A DNA stretch of 64,000 nucleotides, from positions 352,001-416,000 of the forward strand of contig CAVVPN010000001.1 in assembly GCA_963750165.1 (NCBI GenBank). Direction: 5' to 3'. Source of the stretch: an uncultured Gemmataceae bacterium (GTDB lineage Bacteria; Planctomycetota; Planctomycetia; Gemmatales; Gemmataceae). Made by a program: the position numbers and the translations under genes. This document shows, in pieces, positions 48,465-59,389 of the stretch (position 1 is its first letter; each line of letters opens with the position of its first letter). Under the pieces are notes generated by a model that was given only the letters and a program-made list of their open reading frames with translations, was not told the DNA's origin and searched no databases.

Positions 48465-49580
48465 ATGACCCGACGAAAGACCGAGGCGGTGGGGGTTCTC
48501 CTGGCCGCCCTGGGGCTGGCCCTGGTGGGCCAACACGCCCTGCAGGCGCAGCAGAAGACCGACAAGGATTCCCTCGTCGGCACCTGGAAGATCGTCAAAG
48601 CCAAGGCGGCGGGCAAGGACTTGCCCGAAGAATTCACCGTGCTGTCCCGGCTGACCTTCTCCAGGGACGGCAAGCTGATTTTCACGATGCTCGACAAGAA
48701 CATGGAGAGCAAGTATGCGTGGCTCAAGGCGGGGCAGCTCGACCTGGCCCTGGGCACCGTGGACCCCAGCCCGGCCATCTACAAGTTCGATGGTGACAAT
48801 CGCCTGACCATCTGCGCCGGCCCGCCCAGGGGCACCCGACCCACGGAATACACCGCAGAGAAGGGCAGCGAACAGCTCCTGCTCGTGCTGGAACGTGCCA
48901 AGCCCGGCCAGGAAAAGCCGTCGCCCCAGGACATCGCCAAGTACAAGGACAAAATCCAGAACGCGGCGGCACGTGCGATGCACACCAACAACTTCAAGCA
49001 GATCGGCATCGCCATGCACAACTACTACGGCGTGTACAAGCACCTGCCGCTGCACGCGATCTACAGCAAGGACGGCAAGACGCCGCTGCTCAGCTGGCGC
49101 GTCGCCATCCTGCCGTTCATCGAGCAGGAAGACCTGTACAGGGAGTTCAAACTCGACGAACCGTGGGACAGCGCGCACAACAAAAAGCTCATCGCCAAGA
49201 TGCCGAAGATTTACGCGGTGCCGGGCAAGGGTAAGCCCGAGGATGGTAAGACCCATTACCAGGTCTTCACCGGCCCCGGCACCGTCTTCGATGGCAACAA
49301 GAAAAGGCAGTTCCAGGACATCACCGACGGCACCTCGAACACCATCCTGGCCATTGAGGGCAAGAACGCCGTCGTCTGGACCAAACCCGAGGACCTGACG
49401 CTGCCCAAGGACAAGAACCAGTTGCCGGCCGTGGGCGGGCTCTTCAAGGGCGGCATCGTCGTGCTGTTCTGCGACGCCTCGGTACACACGTTCCGCCCCA
49501 ACCCGCCGGCGGACCTGCTGCGCACGTTGATCACGCGCGCTGGCAATGAGGTGGTCGATCTGGAAAAGCTGGAGCAGTGA
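48465..49580 (+). CDS. TIGR03067 + DUF1559 domain protein
   Basis: LVGTWKIV..IYKFDGDNRLTIC..RPTEY plus DUF1559 motifs; paralogue of 47323. Confidence 0.85.
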   Translation: MTRRKTEAVGVLLAALGLALVGQHALQAQQKTDKDSLVGTWKIVKAKAAGKDLPEEFTVLSRLTFSRDGKLIFTMLDKNMESKYAWLKAGQLDLALGTVDPSPAIYKFDGDNRLTICAGPPRGTRPTEYTAEKGSEQLLLVLERAKPGQEKPSPQDIAKYKDKIQNAAARAMHTNNFKQIGIAMHNYYGVYKHLPLHAIYSKDGKTPLLSWRVAILPFIEQEDLYREFKLDEPWDSAHNKKLIAKMPKIYAVPGKGKPEDGKTHYQVFTGPGTVFDGNKKRQFQDITDGTSNTILAIEGKNAVVWTKPEDLTLPKDKNQLPAVGGLFKGGIVVLFCDASVHTFRPNPPADLLRTLITRAGNEVVDLEKLEQ

Positions 49581-49586
49581 GGTGGC

Positions 49587-52087
49587 TCAAGGCCCATCCC
49601 GCCGCGGCCGGCGCCGCAGGACGCCGGCCGCGGTGTCGGTCAGGTCGGCGCCCGGCGCCCCCGCCGCCCAGGCGCGCAGCACTTCCCGCGCGGCGTCCGT
49701 GTCCGCCAGCTCCAGCGCCAGCACCGCCCGAGTGACGCGCAGTTCGGTGGCGGTCGGCTTGTGCGCCAGGGCGTCGAGCAACTGCCGCGCCCGCCGTTGC
49801 GCTTCCACGGACGGCGGTTTCTTCCACAATTTTTCCAGTGCCGGCCGTGCCAGTTCGCCGGCCGCGGCCAACTCCTTCGCGGCGGCCGTGCGCACCTTCA
49901 CCGCCGGATCATGCAGGCCGGCGACCCACTGCTTCAGTTTGCCCGCCGGCAGTGGCGCGACCGGCGGCAGCTGCTTCCGCAAGAACTCCGCCGCACCCGG
50001 GGCCTCGCTCAGCGCCAGACAGCGCGGAACGCCTTGCCGGCATCGCTCCCGGCCAGATCCGCCCACAGAACGGCGAGGTCTCCCCTGGGAACGGTTGGCG
50101 GCCGCAGCGACCACAAAAACGCCTGGCCGTCCGCGCCGCCGGTGAGCAGCGTGCGACCGTCCGGACTGAACGCCAGGCTGGTCGCCGACACCGCGTGCCC
50201 CGACAGCCGTAACAATTCCTTGCCGGCGCTGGGATCCCAAAGCTTCACGTCACCGTCGCTGGTGGCGACTGCCAACCACTGCCCGCCGGGCGAAAATTCC
50301 AGCAACTGCACGCCGTTGACAAAGAACACCTGCCCCGCGCCGTTTTCGGGATCGTATCCCCGAGCGGCCCGAAACCATTCCCAGCGCCGGCCAGTGTCGG
50401 CGTCAAACAGCGCCACCATGTTCTGGATCTCCGCGGCCAGGAGCCGCCGATCCGGGGACCACGCCAGGGCCGCGACGCTTATCAGTCGATCGGGGTAATT
50501 CAGGCCGAACCGCAGCTTGTGGACGGTCTTGCCGGTGAGGGGGTCGAGCACCTCCACGGACGGCCCCAGGCGCGCGACCGCCAGGCCGTCCGCGCCGAAC
50601 GCGCCCTGGACGAGGAAGGGTGGGCTCTGCGGAAAACTCCGCTGCCAGCGCACCTTGCCGGTGTCGGGGTGCAGAGCGTGGATACCGTGCATGTGGTTGA
50701 CCAGGAGAGACCGTCCGTCCGGGCTGAACCCCGAGCCGTGGCCGGTTGTGAAGTTCCGCCAGTGCAGCTCCGAGGAAGCCGCGGGCATCGGGTCGCCAGC
50801 GTCCAGGAGCCGTTCCTTGCTGGTGGCCACGTCCCACACCTGCACGCGGCGGTGGTGGACGCCAGCCAGGGTTTTGCCGTCCGGGGAGAACGACAACCGA
50901 CCCGCGAACGGCCCGGCGCGGCGCAGCGTCCGCAGCAGCCTGCCGTCGGCGCTCCACAGGTCGAGTCGGCCGCGCTCATCGCCGATGGCGACTCGCCGGC
51001 CGTCCGGGGACAGCGCCGCGGCGAGCACGCCATGGTAACCCGGCGGCTCCGCCAGTTGCTTGCCAGTCTGCGCGTCCCAGCGGCGGAGCAGGCCGTCGCG
51101 GGCCGTCGAGAGCAGCGTCTTGCCGTCCGCCAGCCGGTGCAGGTTGACGGGCCGGCCGGTGTGACCGCGCAGGGCCGGCAGTTCCTTGCCGGTGGCCGCG
51201 TCCCAGCGCAGGATGAAATCCCTGTCGCTGGCCAGGAACAGCGTGCGGCCGTCCTCCGTGAAGCCGACGCGATGGTCTCCGATGCTCGGCCCCTTGCGGG
51301 CTTCCTCCGGGATCGGCAGCGTTCGCCGGAGCTTACCGCCAGCGACTTCGCGCAGCTGGATTTCCTTGCCGTCGTGGACCAGGGCCAGCGTCTTGCCGTC
51401 CGGCGCGAACGCCGCCAGCACAGCACCGGCATTGAGCAGGTACGGGGGGATGGTCGTGGCCGTCCGGAACAACTCCTTGCCGGCGGCGTCGCGCAGGCTC
51501 ACCACCTGCCCGGCGTCGAGGGTGACGGCAGTGCGGGCGTCCGGCGACAGCAGCAGCACGCGGCCGCCGGCGTTGCCGAAGCGCGTGGTGTTGCCGAGCC
51601 GCACGTCCCAGAACGTCAGCCGCTTGGCGCCGCCCCAGAAGAACTCCTTGCCGTCGGGAGTGAACCGGGCGCAGCCGATGCTCCGGTCGCCGTTGCCCTC
51701 CAGGCGTGCCTGCTCCACACCCGTGTGCATGTCCCAGAGGATGGCCAGTCGGAAACTTCGGGCCAGCCCCAGATAGTGGCTGTCGGGGGACCATGCCAGG
51801 ACCGGCGTCCAGAAGTGCGATGTGAAGGGCAGTGGAAACCGTGCCAGGCGGCGGCCGCTGGCGGCGTCCCAGACGGCGACCGAGCGCTCCGAGACGGTGG
51901 CCAACCGCTTACCGTCCGGCGCCAGCGTCGAGTTGTAGATGGCGGCATCATGGCGGCCGCGTGTGTCGCCGAAGCGCATCAGCGCCCCCGGCGGCAGCGG
52001 GTCGTCGTCGGGCTGGGCCGACAGGCGGCCGGCGGTGGTACTCGTGAGGATGACAGCGAGCAGGCCGGAACAGGTCAGCCGGTGCAT
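49587..52087 (-). CDS. Secreted WD40-repeat protein (frameshift ~50020)
   Basis: DPLPPGALMRFG, many FSPDG/WD repeats; C-terminal helical LRVTRAVLALE in ORF 49587-50240. Confidence 0.85.
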
Positions 52088-52225
52088 GGCGCAGACTCCC
52101 GAAGACCGGACGGGACAGCCAAGGCCCCCAGCCTATCCGCGGCCGACGGCGGATGCAAGGCGCCCGGGCGACACTCCAGGGCCAGCACCCCGCAGCGGGT
52201 GTGCCGCTACATTTTGGCATTTTCA

Positions 52226-52293
52226 GGCGAGCGGCGCGGCGTCAGCCCGCCGGTGACACACAGCACCGGCGGGCTGACGCCGCGCCGCTCGCC
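52226..52293. repeat. REP-like palindrome (second copy 55972-56047)
   Basis: ggcgagcggcgcggcgtcagcccgccggtg...caccggcgggctgacgccgcgccgctcgcc. Confidence 0.8.
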
Positions 52294-52485
52294 AAAATCC
52301 AGCGGCACACCCCCCCGCAGCTTCTTCTCTTGCGTCCATCCCGAGGGACGGTATAAGCGGCAGACGTCGCACTGCTTCCCGGTGCGGCCCGGGGTGAGGA
52401 CGGCGGCGCGCCAGGGCGGCTGGATTGCCGGCCAGGCGGTGACCGATGAGTAAGACAGGTTTCGTTGCGTTTCGGGAGGACGGAC

Positions 52486-53592
52486 ATGCGTTCTCTGCTA
52501 GTGCTTGCTGCTCTGCTGCTCTGCTTTGTCCTGACCCCGCTGCCGGCCACCCACGCGCAAACGCCGCCCGCGCCGCCGACGCCCGAGGCGCAGGTGCTGA
52601 CCGTCGTGGCGGGCGAAACGATGGTACGCAGTGGCCCGACGGACACTTATTATGCCACCGCGAAGCTCCGTTTTGGCGACACGGTGGCGGTGCTGGGTCC
52701 GGCCAAGGAGGATCCCAACTGGTTGAGGATTCGCCCGCCGCTGGGGTCGTTCAGCTGGATCAACGAGCGCTTCGTGGCGGAGATCGGCAAAAGTGCGACC
52801 TTCCCCAAGTCCGGCGTGGTGCTGTGTGCGGACGACAACGCAGAAGTGCCCGTGTTGGCCGGCAGCACGGAAGTCAACCAGGAGCCCAGTAATATCGCGG
52901 CCAAGGTCAAGCGTGGGACGCAGGTGACCATCATCGGCAGTTCACGGCTGACGGACAAGGGTCCGCTGGTGCCGATCTACCCGACCACCCTGGAGGTGCG
53001 CTACATTCGGGCGAGCGATGCGCGCAAGGTGGAATTCCCGACCGCGGCCCCGGACCCGAAGGCGAAGGAAGCGCAGGACAAGATCACCCAGGCCGAGCAG
53101 CACGTCCGCGACGCCCGCAAGCACCTGGAAGACGCCTTCAACGCCACCACGGACCCGGCACAGCGGCAGGACATCAAACAGAAACTGGCCCTGCTGCCGG
53201 TGGTGCCCCCGGCCGCGAACGCCCCGGTCGCGGCCCCGGCAAGCCCGACTCAGGCCGGCTCGATCTATCACACGACCGCACAGGTTGGCGGCACGAACCC
53301 GGTGCTGAACGCCAACCTGACCGCGGCCGTCAAGCCTGCCGCGGCGGAGTGGAGCAAGTGGGGCTACCTGCGCAAGGCGAGCCTCCAGATGGGCGGCCAG
53401 CAGTTATACGTGTTGACCACGCAACAGGGCGACGCCCTGGAGTACGCCGTGGCGGCGGACCCGAGCAAGACCCTGGAGTATCACGTCGGCAACGGTCAGG
53501 TCACCCTGTACGGGACCGCCACCTACCGCAGCGAGGTGGTCCGCGGCCTGCTGGTCCGCACCGTGACGCACGTCGGCATTCCACCCAAGTAG
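52486..53592 (+). CDS. Secreted SH3-like domain protein
   Basis: GGAGG RBS, signal peptide, VRSGP..YYAT.KL..WLRIRPP.GSFSWI. Confidence 0.75.
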   Translation: MRSLLVLAALLLCFVLTPLPATHAQTPPAPPTPEAQVLTVVAGETMVRSGPTDTYYATAKLRFGDTVAVLGPAKEDPNWLRIRPPLGSFSWINERFVAEIGKSATFPKSGVVLCADDNAEVPVLAGSTEVNQEPSNIAAKVKRGTQVTIIGSSRLTDKGPLVPIYPTTLEVRYIRASDARKVEFPTAAPDPKAKEAQDKITQAEQHVRDARKHLEDAFNATTDPAQRQDIKQKLALLPVVPPAANAPVAAPASPTQAGSIYHTTAQVGGTNPVLNANLTAAVKPAAAEWSKWGYLRKASLQMGGQQLYVLTTQQGDALEYAVAADPSKTLEYHVGNGQVTLYGTATYRSEVVRGLLVRTVTHVGIPPK

Positions 53593-53660
53593 TCAATAGT
53601 TCAAAGAGTTGGAGCGCCGGGCGATTATCGCCCGGCGCTCCAACTCTTTGAACTATTGAC
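53592..53660. repeat. Perfect 34-bp palindrome between convergent genes
   Basis: gtcaatagttcaaagagttggagcgccgggcgat-t-atcgcccggcgctccaactctttgaactattgac. Confidence 0.8.
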
Positions 53661-53666
53661 CATTGA

Positions 53667-55481
53667 CTAATGGTTCAAGATGAACTCATTGCTGTTGAGC
53701 AGGGCCCAGAAGAGGTCCTGATAGAAGCCGATGTAGAAGTTGCGGTCGAACTGGGTGTACGGCTGGCTCGGTCGCAGGGCCATGCGCCGCGGGTCCAGCA
53801 TGCGCTCGTACTCCTTCTCGGTTGGCGGCCGGTTCAGCGCGGCCAGGAACAGGTCGCGCATCGCCAGCTTCATGCCCGTCATCCCCTTGCCGGAGTGTCT
53901 CTTGATGACCTGGGCGGCGATGCCGTGTTCCTTGTCCATGATCGCCGTGTTGATGTCCTGCCCGTTCATCATTAGCAGCGCCTGCACCACCGTGCCGTTG
54001 AAGGTGCCCTCACTGCCCTCGTCGTCGCCGAAGTTGACGACCAGCTTCGTCAGCCAGGTTTCGCGCAGATTTTGCTTCTTTTCCTTGGTCTGCCCCACCT
54101 TGGCCTCGGTGGCGATCATCAGGGACTCGAACAACTGCTCCGGCGACAGCGCCTTCAGCAGCATCCGGCTGAAGAACTTCTCGTCCTCCTGCTTGTCGTT
54201 GGTCTCGTTGGCGACGCTGCTCAGACCGTAGGCCCGGTTGTTGCAGATCCAGCGCACCAGGCTGCGGATGTCGTACTTGTATTTGGTCGCCCACGTCTGC
54301 GCCAGGTTGTCCAGCAGTTCGGGGTGCGACGGCGGACTGTGTTCGCCGAAGTCGTCCGGGTCCTTGGTGAACGCCCGGCCCATGAAGTGCGCCCACAGAC
54401 GGTTGACGAACGCCTTGGCGAAGTACGGGCTGCCCGTCACGAACTTGGCCAGCTCCTCGCGGCGGTTCCTGACGTTCTTGGGCAGCTTGGTGCCGTCCAG
54501 GAATTTCGCCCGGGTGAACAGCCGCGTGCCGTTGCGCCGCTCGTAGCCGACAATGCCGTCCTTGTTGAAGTTCGGATTGTCCACCAACTCGTGCTGGCCC
54601 AGGCCCATCATGCCCTTCTTCTTCTTCTTGACCATGATCGTCGGCCGGCCGCTGGGCGCGTCCACCTGGCGGAAGAAGGCGTTCATGCTCCAGAAGTGCT
54701 CCTGCTTCCAATCGTCGTTGAACGGGTGGTCGTGGCACTGGGTACACTGCGTCCGCAGACCGAGGAACAGCCGGGTGGTGCGCGACGTGACCGGGACCAT
54801 CTCGAAGCGGCCGTTTTCGTCGCGCTTCTCCTTGATCTCCTCGCCGAGGTGGGCCAGGATGAAGTTGACGGCGCCGTTCTCATTGGTACGGCCGGTGGCG
54901 GCCAGGATTTGGTGCGTGATCTTGTCCCAGCCGGGCGCGTCGTCGCCCTTCTTGTCGAACTGCTCCTCCAGCCACAGATGCATCTGCTCGTGGTAGAGCT
55001 TGCCGCCGGTGCGTGTCAGCAGCAGGTTCGTCCAGAGGTTGGCGAAGTGGCTCGCGAACTCCGACGAATTGAGCAGCCGTTCGATGAGCAATCCGCGCCG
55101 CTTGGCGGGCGGGTCCGCCATGAAGGTTTCAATCTCCTTGACCTTGGCGATGCGGCCGATCAGATCGAGCGAGGCGCGACGGATGAACTCGTAGTCGGAG
55201 CAGCGCGCGGCGGGGCGGATTTTGTTCTCCTTCCAGGCCTTTTCGATCTCGGTGTTGATCGAGTCGAGCACGTCGATGCCGCCGAAGTTATCGACGAGCT
55301 GATCCTTGACGACCTGGGGCGCGGCGACTGCTGTTTTGCCACCGTTGGGGTTCGGTTTGCCCTTGTCCTTTTGGGCCTGGGCCAGGTCGCCTGAGAGGCC
55401 GGACAGCGCCAGGGCCCCCAGCAGCAACCCGGCGAGGGCCACGCCGCGGCGGACGAGGCAACCACAAGACGATGTGGTCAT
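53667..55481 (-). CDS. DUF1549/DUF1553 planctomycete protein
   Basis: FIRRASLDL, CTQCHDHP, VNRLWAHF, PSHPELL, QALLMMN and LLNSNEF motifs. Confidence 0.9.
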   Translation of the reverse strand: MTTSSCGCLVRRGVALAGLLLGALALSGLSGDLAQAQKDKGKPNPNGGKTAVAAPQVVKDQLVDNFGGIDVLDSINTEIEKAWKENKIRPAARCSDYEFIRRASLDLIGRIAKVKEIETFMADPPAKRRGLLIERLLNSSEFASHFANLWTNLLLTRTGGKLYHEQMHLWLEEQFDKKGDDAPGWDKITHQILAATGRTNENGAVNFILAHLGEEIKEKRDENGRFEMVPVTSRTTRLFLGLRTQCTQCHDHPFNDDWKQEHFWSMNAFFRQVDAPSGRPTIMVKKKKKGMMGLGQHELVDNPNFNKDGIVGYERRNGTRLFTRAKFLDGTKLPKNVRNRREELAKFVTGSPYFAKAFVNRLWAHFMGRAFTKDPDDFGEHSPPSHPELLDNLAQTWATKYKYDIRSLVRWICNNRAYGLSSVANETNDKQEDEKFFSRMLLKALSPEQLFESLMIATEAKVGQTKEKKQNLRETWLTKLVVNFGDDEGSEGTFNGTVVQALLMMNGQDINTAIMDKEHGIAAQVIKRHSGKGMTGMKLAMRDLFLAALNRPPTEKEYERMLDPRRMALRPSQPYTQFDRNFYIGFYQDLFWALLNSNEFILNH

Positions 55482-55632
55482 GGTTTCGCTCTCCCTGTGA
55501 TGGGCCGCCTACTTCGGCCGAGAATTTGCTTTACCGTATCCTAATGGAAGATGTCCAGGCACACAACAGTACGTCGGTTTTGACGAGGCGTCGGCGGATT
55601 TGGTTCCCGAACCGGCGCGGGAGGAGGCAGCG

Positions 55633-55992
55633 ATGTTGGACTTCGACGCGGGGCGGGTGGCGAAGAATGCCCAAGAGGCGCCCACCGAGGACTTGCTGGA
55701 TCGGGTGACGGTGTATCGCGGCAACCTGGAGCCGGAGGCCGTGGGCATCATCGAAGAGGAACTGCGGCAGCGCGGCGTCAGTGCCGCGGACGTGGCAGCG
55801 CACGCGGAGCGCCGCCAGGGCGACGGGCTGACGACGCCGGCGGGGCAGGTGCTCAGTTGCAGTTTCTGTCGTCAGCCGGCGGTGGCGGAGCGCTGGGGCT
55901 GGCACCGGCTCTGGGGCGTGCTACCACTGTTCCCGCGGCGCTACCGGTTGTGCCGGGAGCATTTGGGGAGTCCGGCGAGCGGCGCGGCGTGA
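55633..55992 (+). CDS. Hypothetical protein with C-terminal Zn-finger-like motif
   Basis: GAGGAGG RBS; CSFC...C..H. Confidence 0.7.
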   Translation: MLDFDAGRVAKNAQEAPTEDLLDRVTVYRGNLEPEAVGIIEEELRQRGVSAADVAAHAERRQGDGLTTPAGQVLSCSFCRQPAVAERWGWHRLWGVLPLFPRRYRLCREHLGSPASGAA

Positions 55993-56105
55993 GCCCGCCG
56001 GTCGTGGCGGTCGCTCACCGGCGGCCTCACGCCGCGCCGCTCGCCGGGCTCATCTGGTGCGGCAGCTGCTAGAATACACGCATCGGGCCCCGGAGGAGCG
56101 CGCGC

Positions 56106-57398
56106 ATGAAGCTGCTGGTCGTCGGCAAGGGTGGGCGGGAGCACGCCCTGGTGTGGAAACTGGCGCAGTCGCCGCGCGTCGAGCGCGTCTTCTGCGCGCC
56201 CGGCAACGCCGGCACCGCCGAGGACGGCGTCAACGTGGCCATTGAGGCGACCGACCTGGACGCTTTGGTGCGCTTCGCCAAAAAGGAGGCGATTGGGCTG
56301 ACGGTCATCGGCCCGGAGGATCCACTGGCGCTGGGTGCCGTGGACGCCTTCCAGAAGGCGGGCCTGCGCGTCTTCGGCCCGTCGCGGGCGGCGGCCCAGC
56401 TGGAGGCGAGCAAGGCGTTCGCCAAGAAGCTGATGCGCCACGCCGACGTGCCGACTGCGGACTTCCGCATCTGCGACCACCCCGAGCACGCGCGCCAGTA
56501 CATCGAGGCCCGTGAATATCCCGTCGTTGTCAAGGCGGACGGCCTGGCCGCCGGCAAGGGCGTCATCGTCTGCTCGACCACCGCGGAGGCGCTGGCCGCT
56601 GTGGAGCGCATCATGGTGCGCGAGGAGTTCGGCCGCGCCGCCGGGCGGCAAGTGGTCATCGAAAAGCGCCTGGAGGGTGAGGAACTGAGTCTGATGGCAC
56701 TGGTCGCGGGCCGCACCATCATTCCGCTGCAGCCGACGCAGGACCACAAGGCGGCGTTCGATGGTGACACCGGCCCGAACACCGGCGGCATGGGCGCTGA
56801 CTGTCCCGCGCCGCTTGCGACGCCGGAACTGCTCGACCGCGTGGACGCCGAGGTGTTCGTGCCGATTGTGCATGCCCTGAAGCGCAGCCGGCGGCCGTTC
56901 CGTGGCGTGCTCTACGCGGGGTTGATGGTCACGAGCAAGGGCCCATCGGTGCTGGAGTTCAACTGCCGCTTCGGCGACCCGGAGACGCAGCCGCTGCTCA
57001 TGCGCTTGCGCTCGGACCTGCTGGACTTGCTGGAGGCGGTGGTGGACGACCGCCTCGGCGAACTGGACGAGAATGCCGTGCAGTGGGACCCGCGGCCGGC
57101 GGTGTGCGTGGTGATGGCGAGCCAGGGCTACCCCGGCCCCTACAGCAAGGGCAAGATCATCTCAGGGTTGGCGGAGGCACCCCAGCTGCCGGATGTGAAG
57201 GTCTTCCACTCCGGCACGCGCGCGGACGGCCAACTGGTGCTGACCGATGGCGGCCGTGTGCTGGGAGTGACGGCGCTGGGCGCGACGCTGGCGGAGGCCA
57301 GGCGGAATGCGTACGCGGCGGTGGAACGCATTCATTTTCAGGGGGCGTTTTATCGGCGCGACATCGCGGACAAGGCGCTGCGGCCGCAGGGCGGGTGA
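56106..57398 (+). CDS. purD: Phosphoribosylamine-glycine ligase
   Basis: GGREHAL, KADGLAAGKGV, QDHK, GPNTGGMG and RFGDPE motifs. Confidence 0.97.
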   Translation: MKLLVVGKGGREHALVWKLAQSPRVERVFCAPGNAGTAEDGVNVAIEATDLDALVRFAKKEAIGLTVIGPEDPLALGAVDAFQKAGLRVFGPSRAAAQLEASKAFAKKLMRHADVPTADFRICDHPEHARQYIEAREYPVVVKADGLAAGKGVIVCSTTAEALAAVERIMVREEFGRAAGRQVVIEKRLEGEELSLMALVAGRTIIPLQPTQDHKAAFDGDTGPNTGGMGADCPAPLATPELLDRVDAEVFVPIVHALKRSRRPFRGVLYAGLMVTSKGPSVLEFNCRFGDPETQPLLMRLRSDLLDLLEAVVDDRLGELDENAVQWDPRPAVCVVMASQGYPGPYSKGKIISGLAEAPQLPDVKVFHSGTRADGQLVLTDGGRVLGVTALGATLAEARRNAYAAVERIHFQGAFYRRDIADKALRPQGG

Positions 57399-57666
57399 GA
57401 GCGGTTTTTCCGCTCCCTGGAGTTGCTCAGACCTGTGTGTATCTTTTTGATGGACCAACACCGAAGCGAGACAGCCGGAGTTGGTATTCCGTCCGTTGCA
57501 AGGCGGTAAAGTTCTTCTTGTCCGAAAGAACTAACTCAACCCCTCGGAGGGTGCTCACGATCTCATCAAGCACACTCCGGTCCTGATACAGATTTAATGA
57601 GAGTTGGGAACGCCACCAGAGCACGTACAACAAACCGACCCAGAGAAGCAGGAACAAAACAACTTA

Positions 57667-57765
57667 GGAGGCGCCGAACAACAACTTCGTAGGACGGCTC
57701 TCCAGAGCCGTCCCGACGGCTCTGGAGAGCCGTCCTACTCTTGGAAGTTGTTGTTCGGCGCCTCC
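57667..57765. mobile_element. 99-bp MITE with 22-bp IRs and an internal GTAG-type REP doublet
   Basis: ggaggcgccgaacaacaacttc / gaagttgttgttcggcgcctcc, TTA on both sides; core gtaggacggctctccagagccgtcc..gacggctctggagagccgtcctac. Confidence 0.7.
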
Positions 57766-57769
57766 TTAC

Positions 57770-59289
57770 CTGAACTGTCGCACGCTTCCATGAACAGACG
57801 AACACCGATAGTGTCACGGGGCTGTCGCAGAAAGAGAGAGGGGTTCCTCCTAAGTTTGTGCATAGGTTCTCAAGCCATGCACTCGCCGGAAGGAGCCCCT
57901 CATGTGGCTGATGATAGCTTCTCTCCAGCCCATCGTCCAAGCCCTCGCCCCGGCCTTCACCCTGCCCTCGTTCCACACCCACTGCCAACTCGTGCTCGGC
58001 TGGGTGATGTGCCTGGGCCAGCACCGCCTCTGTCGCGTCGCCGACACCGCCCAACCCCAAGACTTGCGGGACCATTCCCGGCGCCACGGCCTGGACACCA
58101 CCTACAACTTCTTTGCGCACTCCGCCTGGACCGTGACCGGGTTGGCCTACCACGTCGCCGTCCTCATCCTGACGCGCCTCCACCTGGGCGGCACCATCAC
58201 GCTGTTGGTGGACGACACCCTGGCCCACAAGCGCGGCAAGCACGTCTGGGGCCTCGGCTGGTTCCGCGATGCCGTCGCCTCGACCCGCAAACGCACCGCC
58301 ACGGCCGCGGGGCACAACTGGGTGGTCGTCGCCGTCGCCGTCTGCCTGCCCTTCGCGAACGCCCCGATCCTGGCGTTGCCCTTGCTGGCCCGGTTGCACC
58401 GGCCCGGCCAGGCGCAGCCGTCCTGCCCACTGCTGGCGCGCGCGCTGCTCGCCGAAGTGCTGGCCTGGTTCCCCGGCCGGCGCTTTACCCTGGTGGCCGA
58501 CGGCGCTTACGCGGCCCAAGCGCTGCTGGCGGACCTGGACGAGCGCGTGACCTTCGTCGGCCGGTTGCGCGGCGACGCGGCCGTGTACGACCCGCGTCTG
58601 CCTCAGGCCAAGCCCGGCCGGCGCGGCCGCAAGGCGCAGAAGGGGCCGCGTCTGCCCAACCCCAAAGCAGCCGCCGCCAAGGCCGACCGTAAGCGCGTGG
58701 CCACCGGGGACTGGGTGTGGCAGGCGGTGACGGTGACCGTCTACGGGGAGCAGCGCGTCCTGCGGGCGTTCGCCTACCGGGCGGTGTGGCCGCGGGTGTT
58801 GGGGTTGCGGCCGGTGCAGGTGGTGGTGGTGCGCGACCCGGACGGGAAGTTGGACGATGCCTACCTGTTCACGACCGACGTGCGTGCGGACGTGGGGTGG
58901 GTGATTACGCAGTTCGCCTGGCGCTGGTCCATTGAGGTACTGTTCCGGGCGAGCAAACAGGTGCTGGACCTCGAGGCGCCACAACACTACAGTCGGGAAG
59001 CGGTGGAGAAGGTGGCGCCGTGGGTGTGGTCGTTGCAGAGCGTCGTGATGGTGTGGTATCTTACCGCCGGTCGGCAGTTGCCGGAGGCGGAGGAATTGCG
59101 CCAAGTGATGGGACCCTGGGAGAGTGAATGGTCGTTGCGTCATATGGTTGCCGTGTTGCGGCGGGCGACTTTGAACGCCCTAATTAAACCCAAGTCGGCC
59201 GATGCAACGGAACTCCTGAAACTCATCGAAGCGCTGAAAAACTGCGTAAATCTCGCGGTTTGAGCACTCGGAAAAGTGCGACTGCCAAG
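57770..59289 (+). mobile_element. IS701-family element, copy 2 (transposase 57902-59263)
   Basis: 1520 bp; TTAC target duplication; near-identical to copy 1. Confidence 0.92.
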
Positions 59290-59389
59290 TTACACGACAA
59301 TTTGAGTATTGAGCGATTCAATGAACGCAACCGCGATGCCAATTAGAGTGAAGATAAGCGGCAGACTGAATCCGATGACCTCGACGGCG

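Larger units (their letters stand above)
57427..59388 (-). pseudogene. Membrane-protein remnant split by a MITE and IS701
   Basis: Removing both inserts rejoins AVEVIGFSLPLIFTLIGIAVAFIESLNTQIVV* and VVLFLLLWVGLLYVLWW... in one frame. Confidence 0.6.

Noticed and set aside
57667..57765. Integron attC site (GCCGAAC...GTTCGGC)
   Set aside because: The palindrome extends perfectly beyond the R boxes without the extrahelical bases, is flanked by a TTA duplication, and there is no cassette array or integron integrase.
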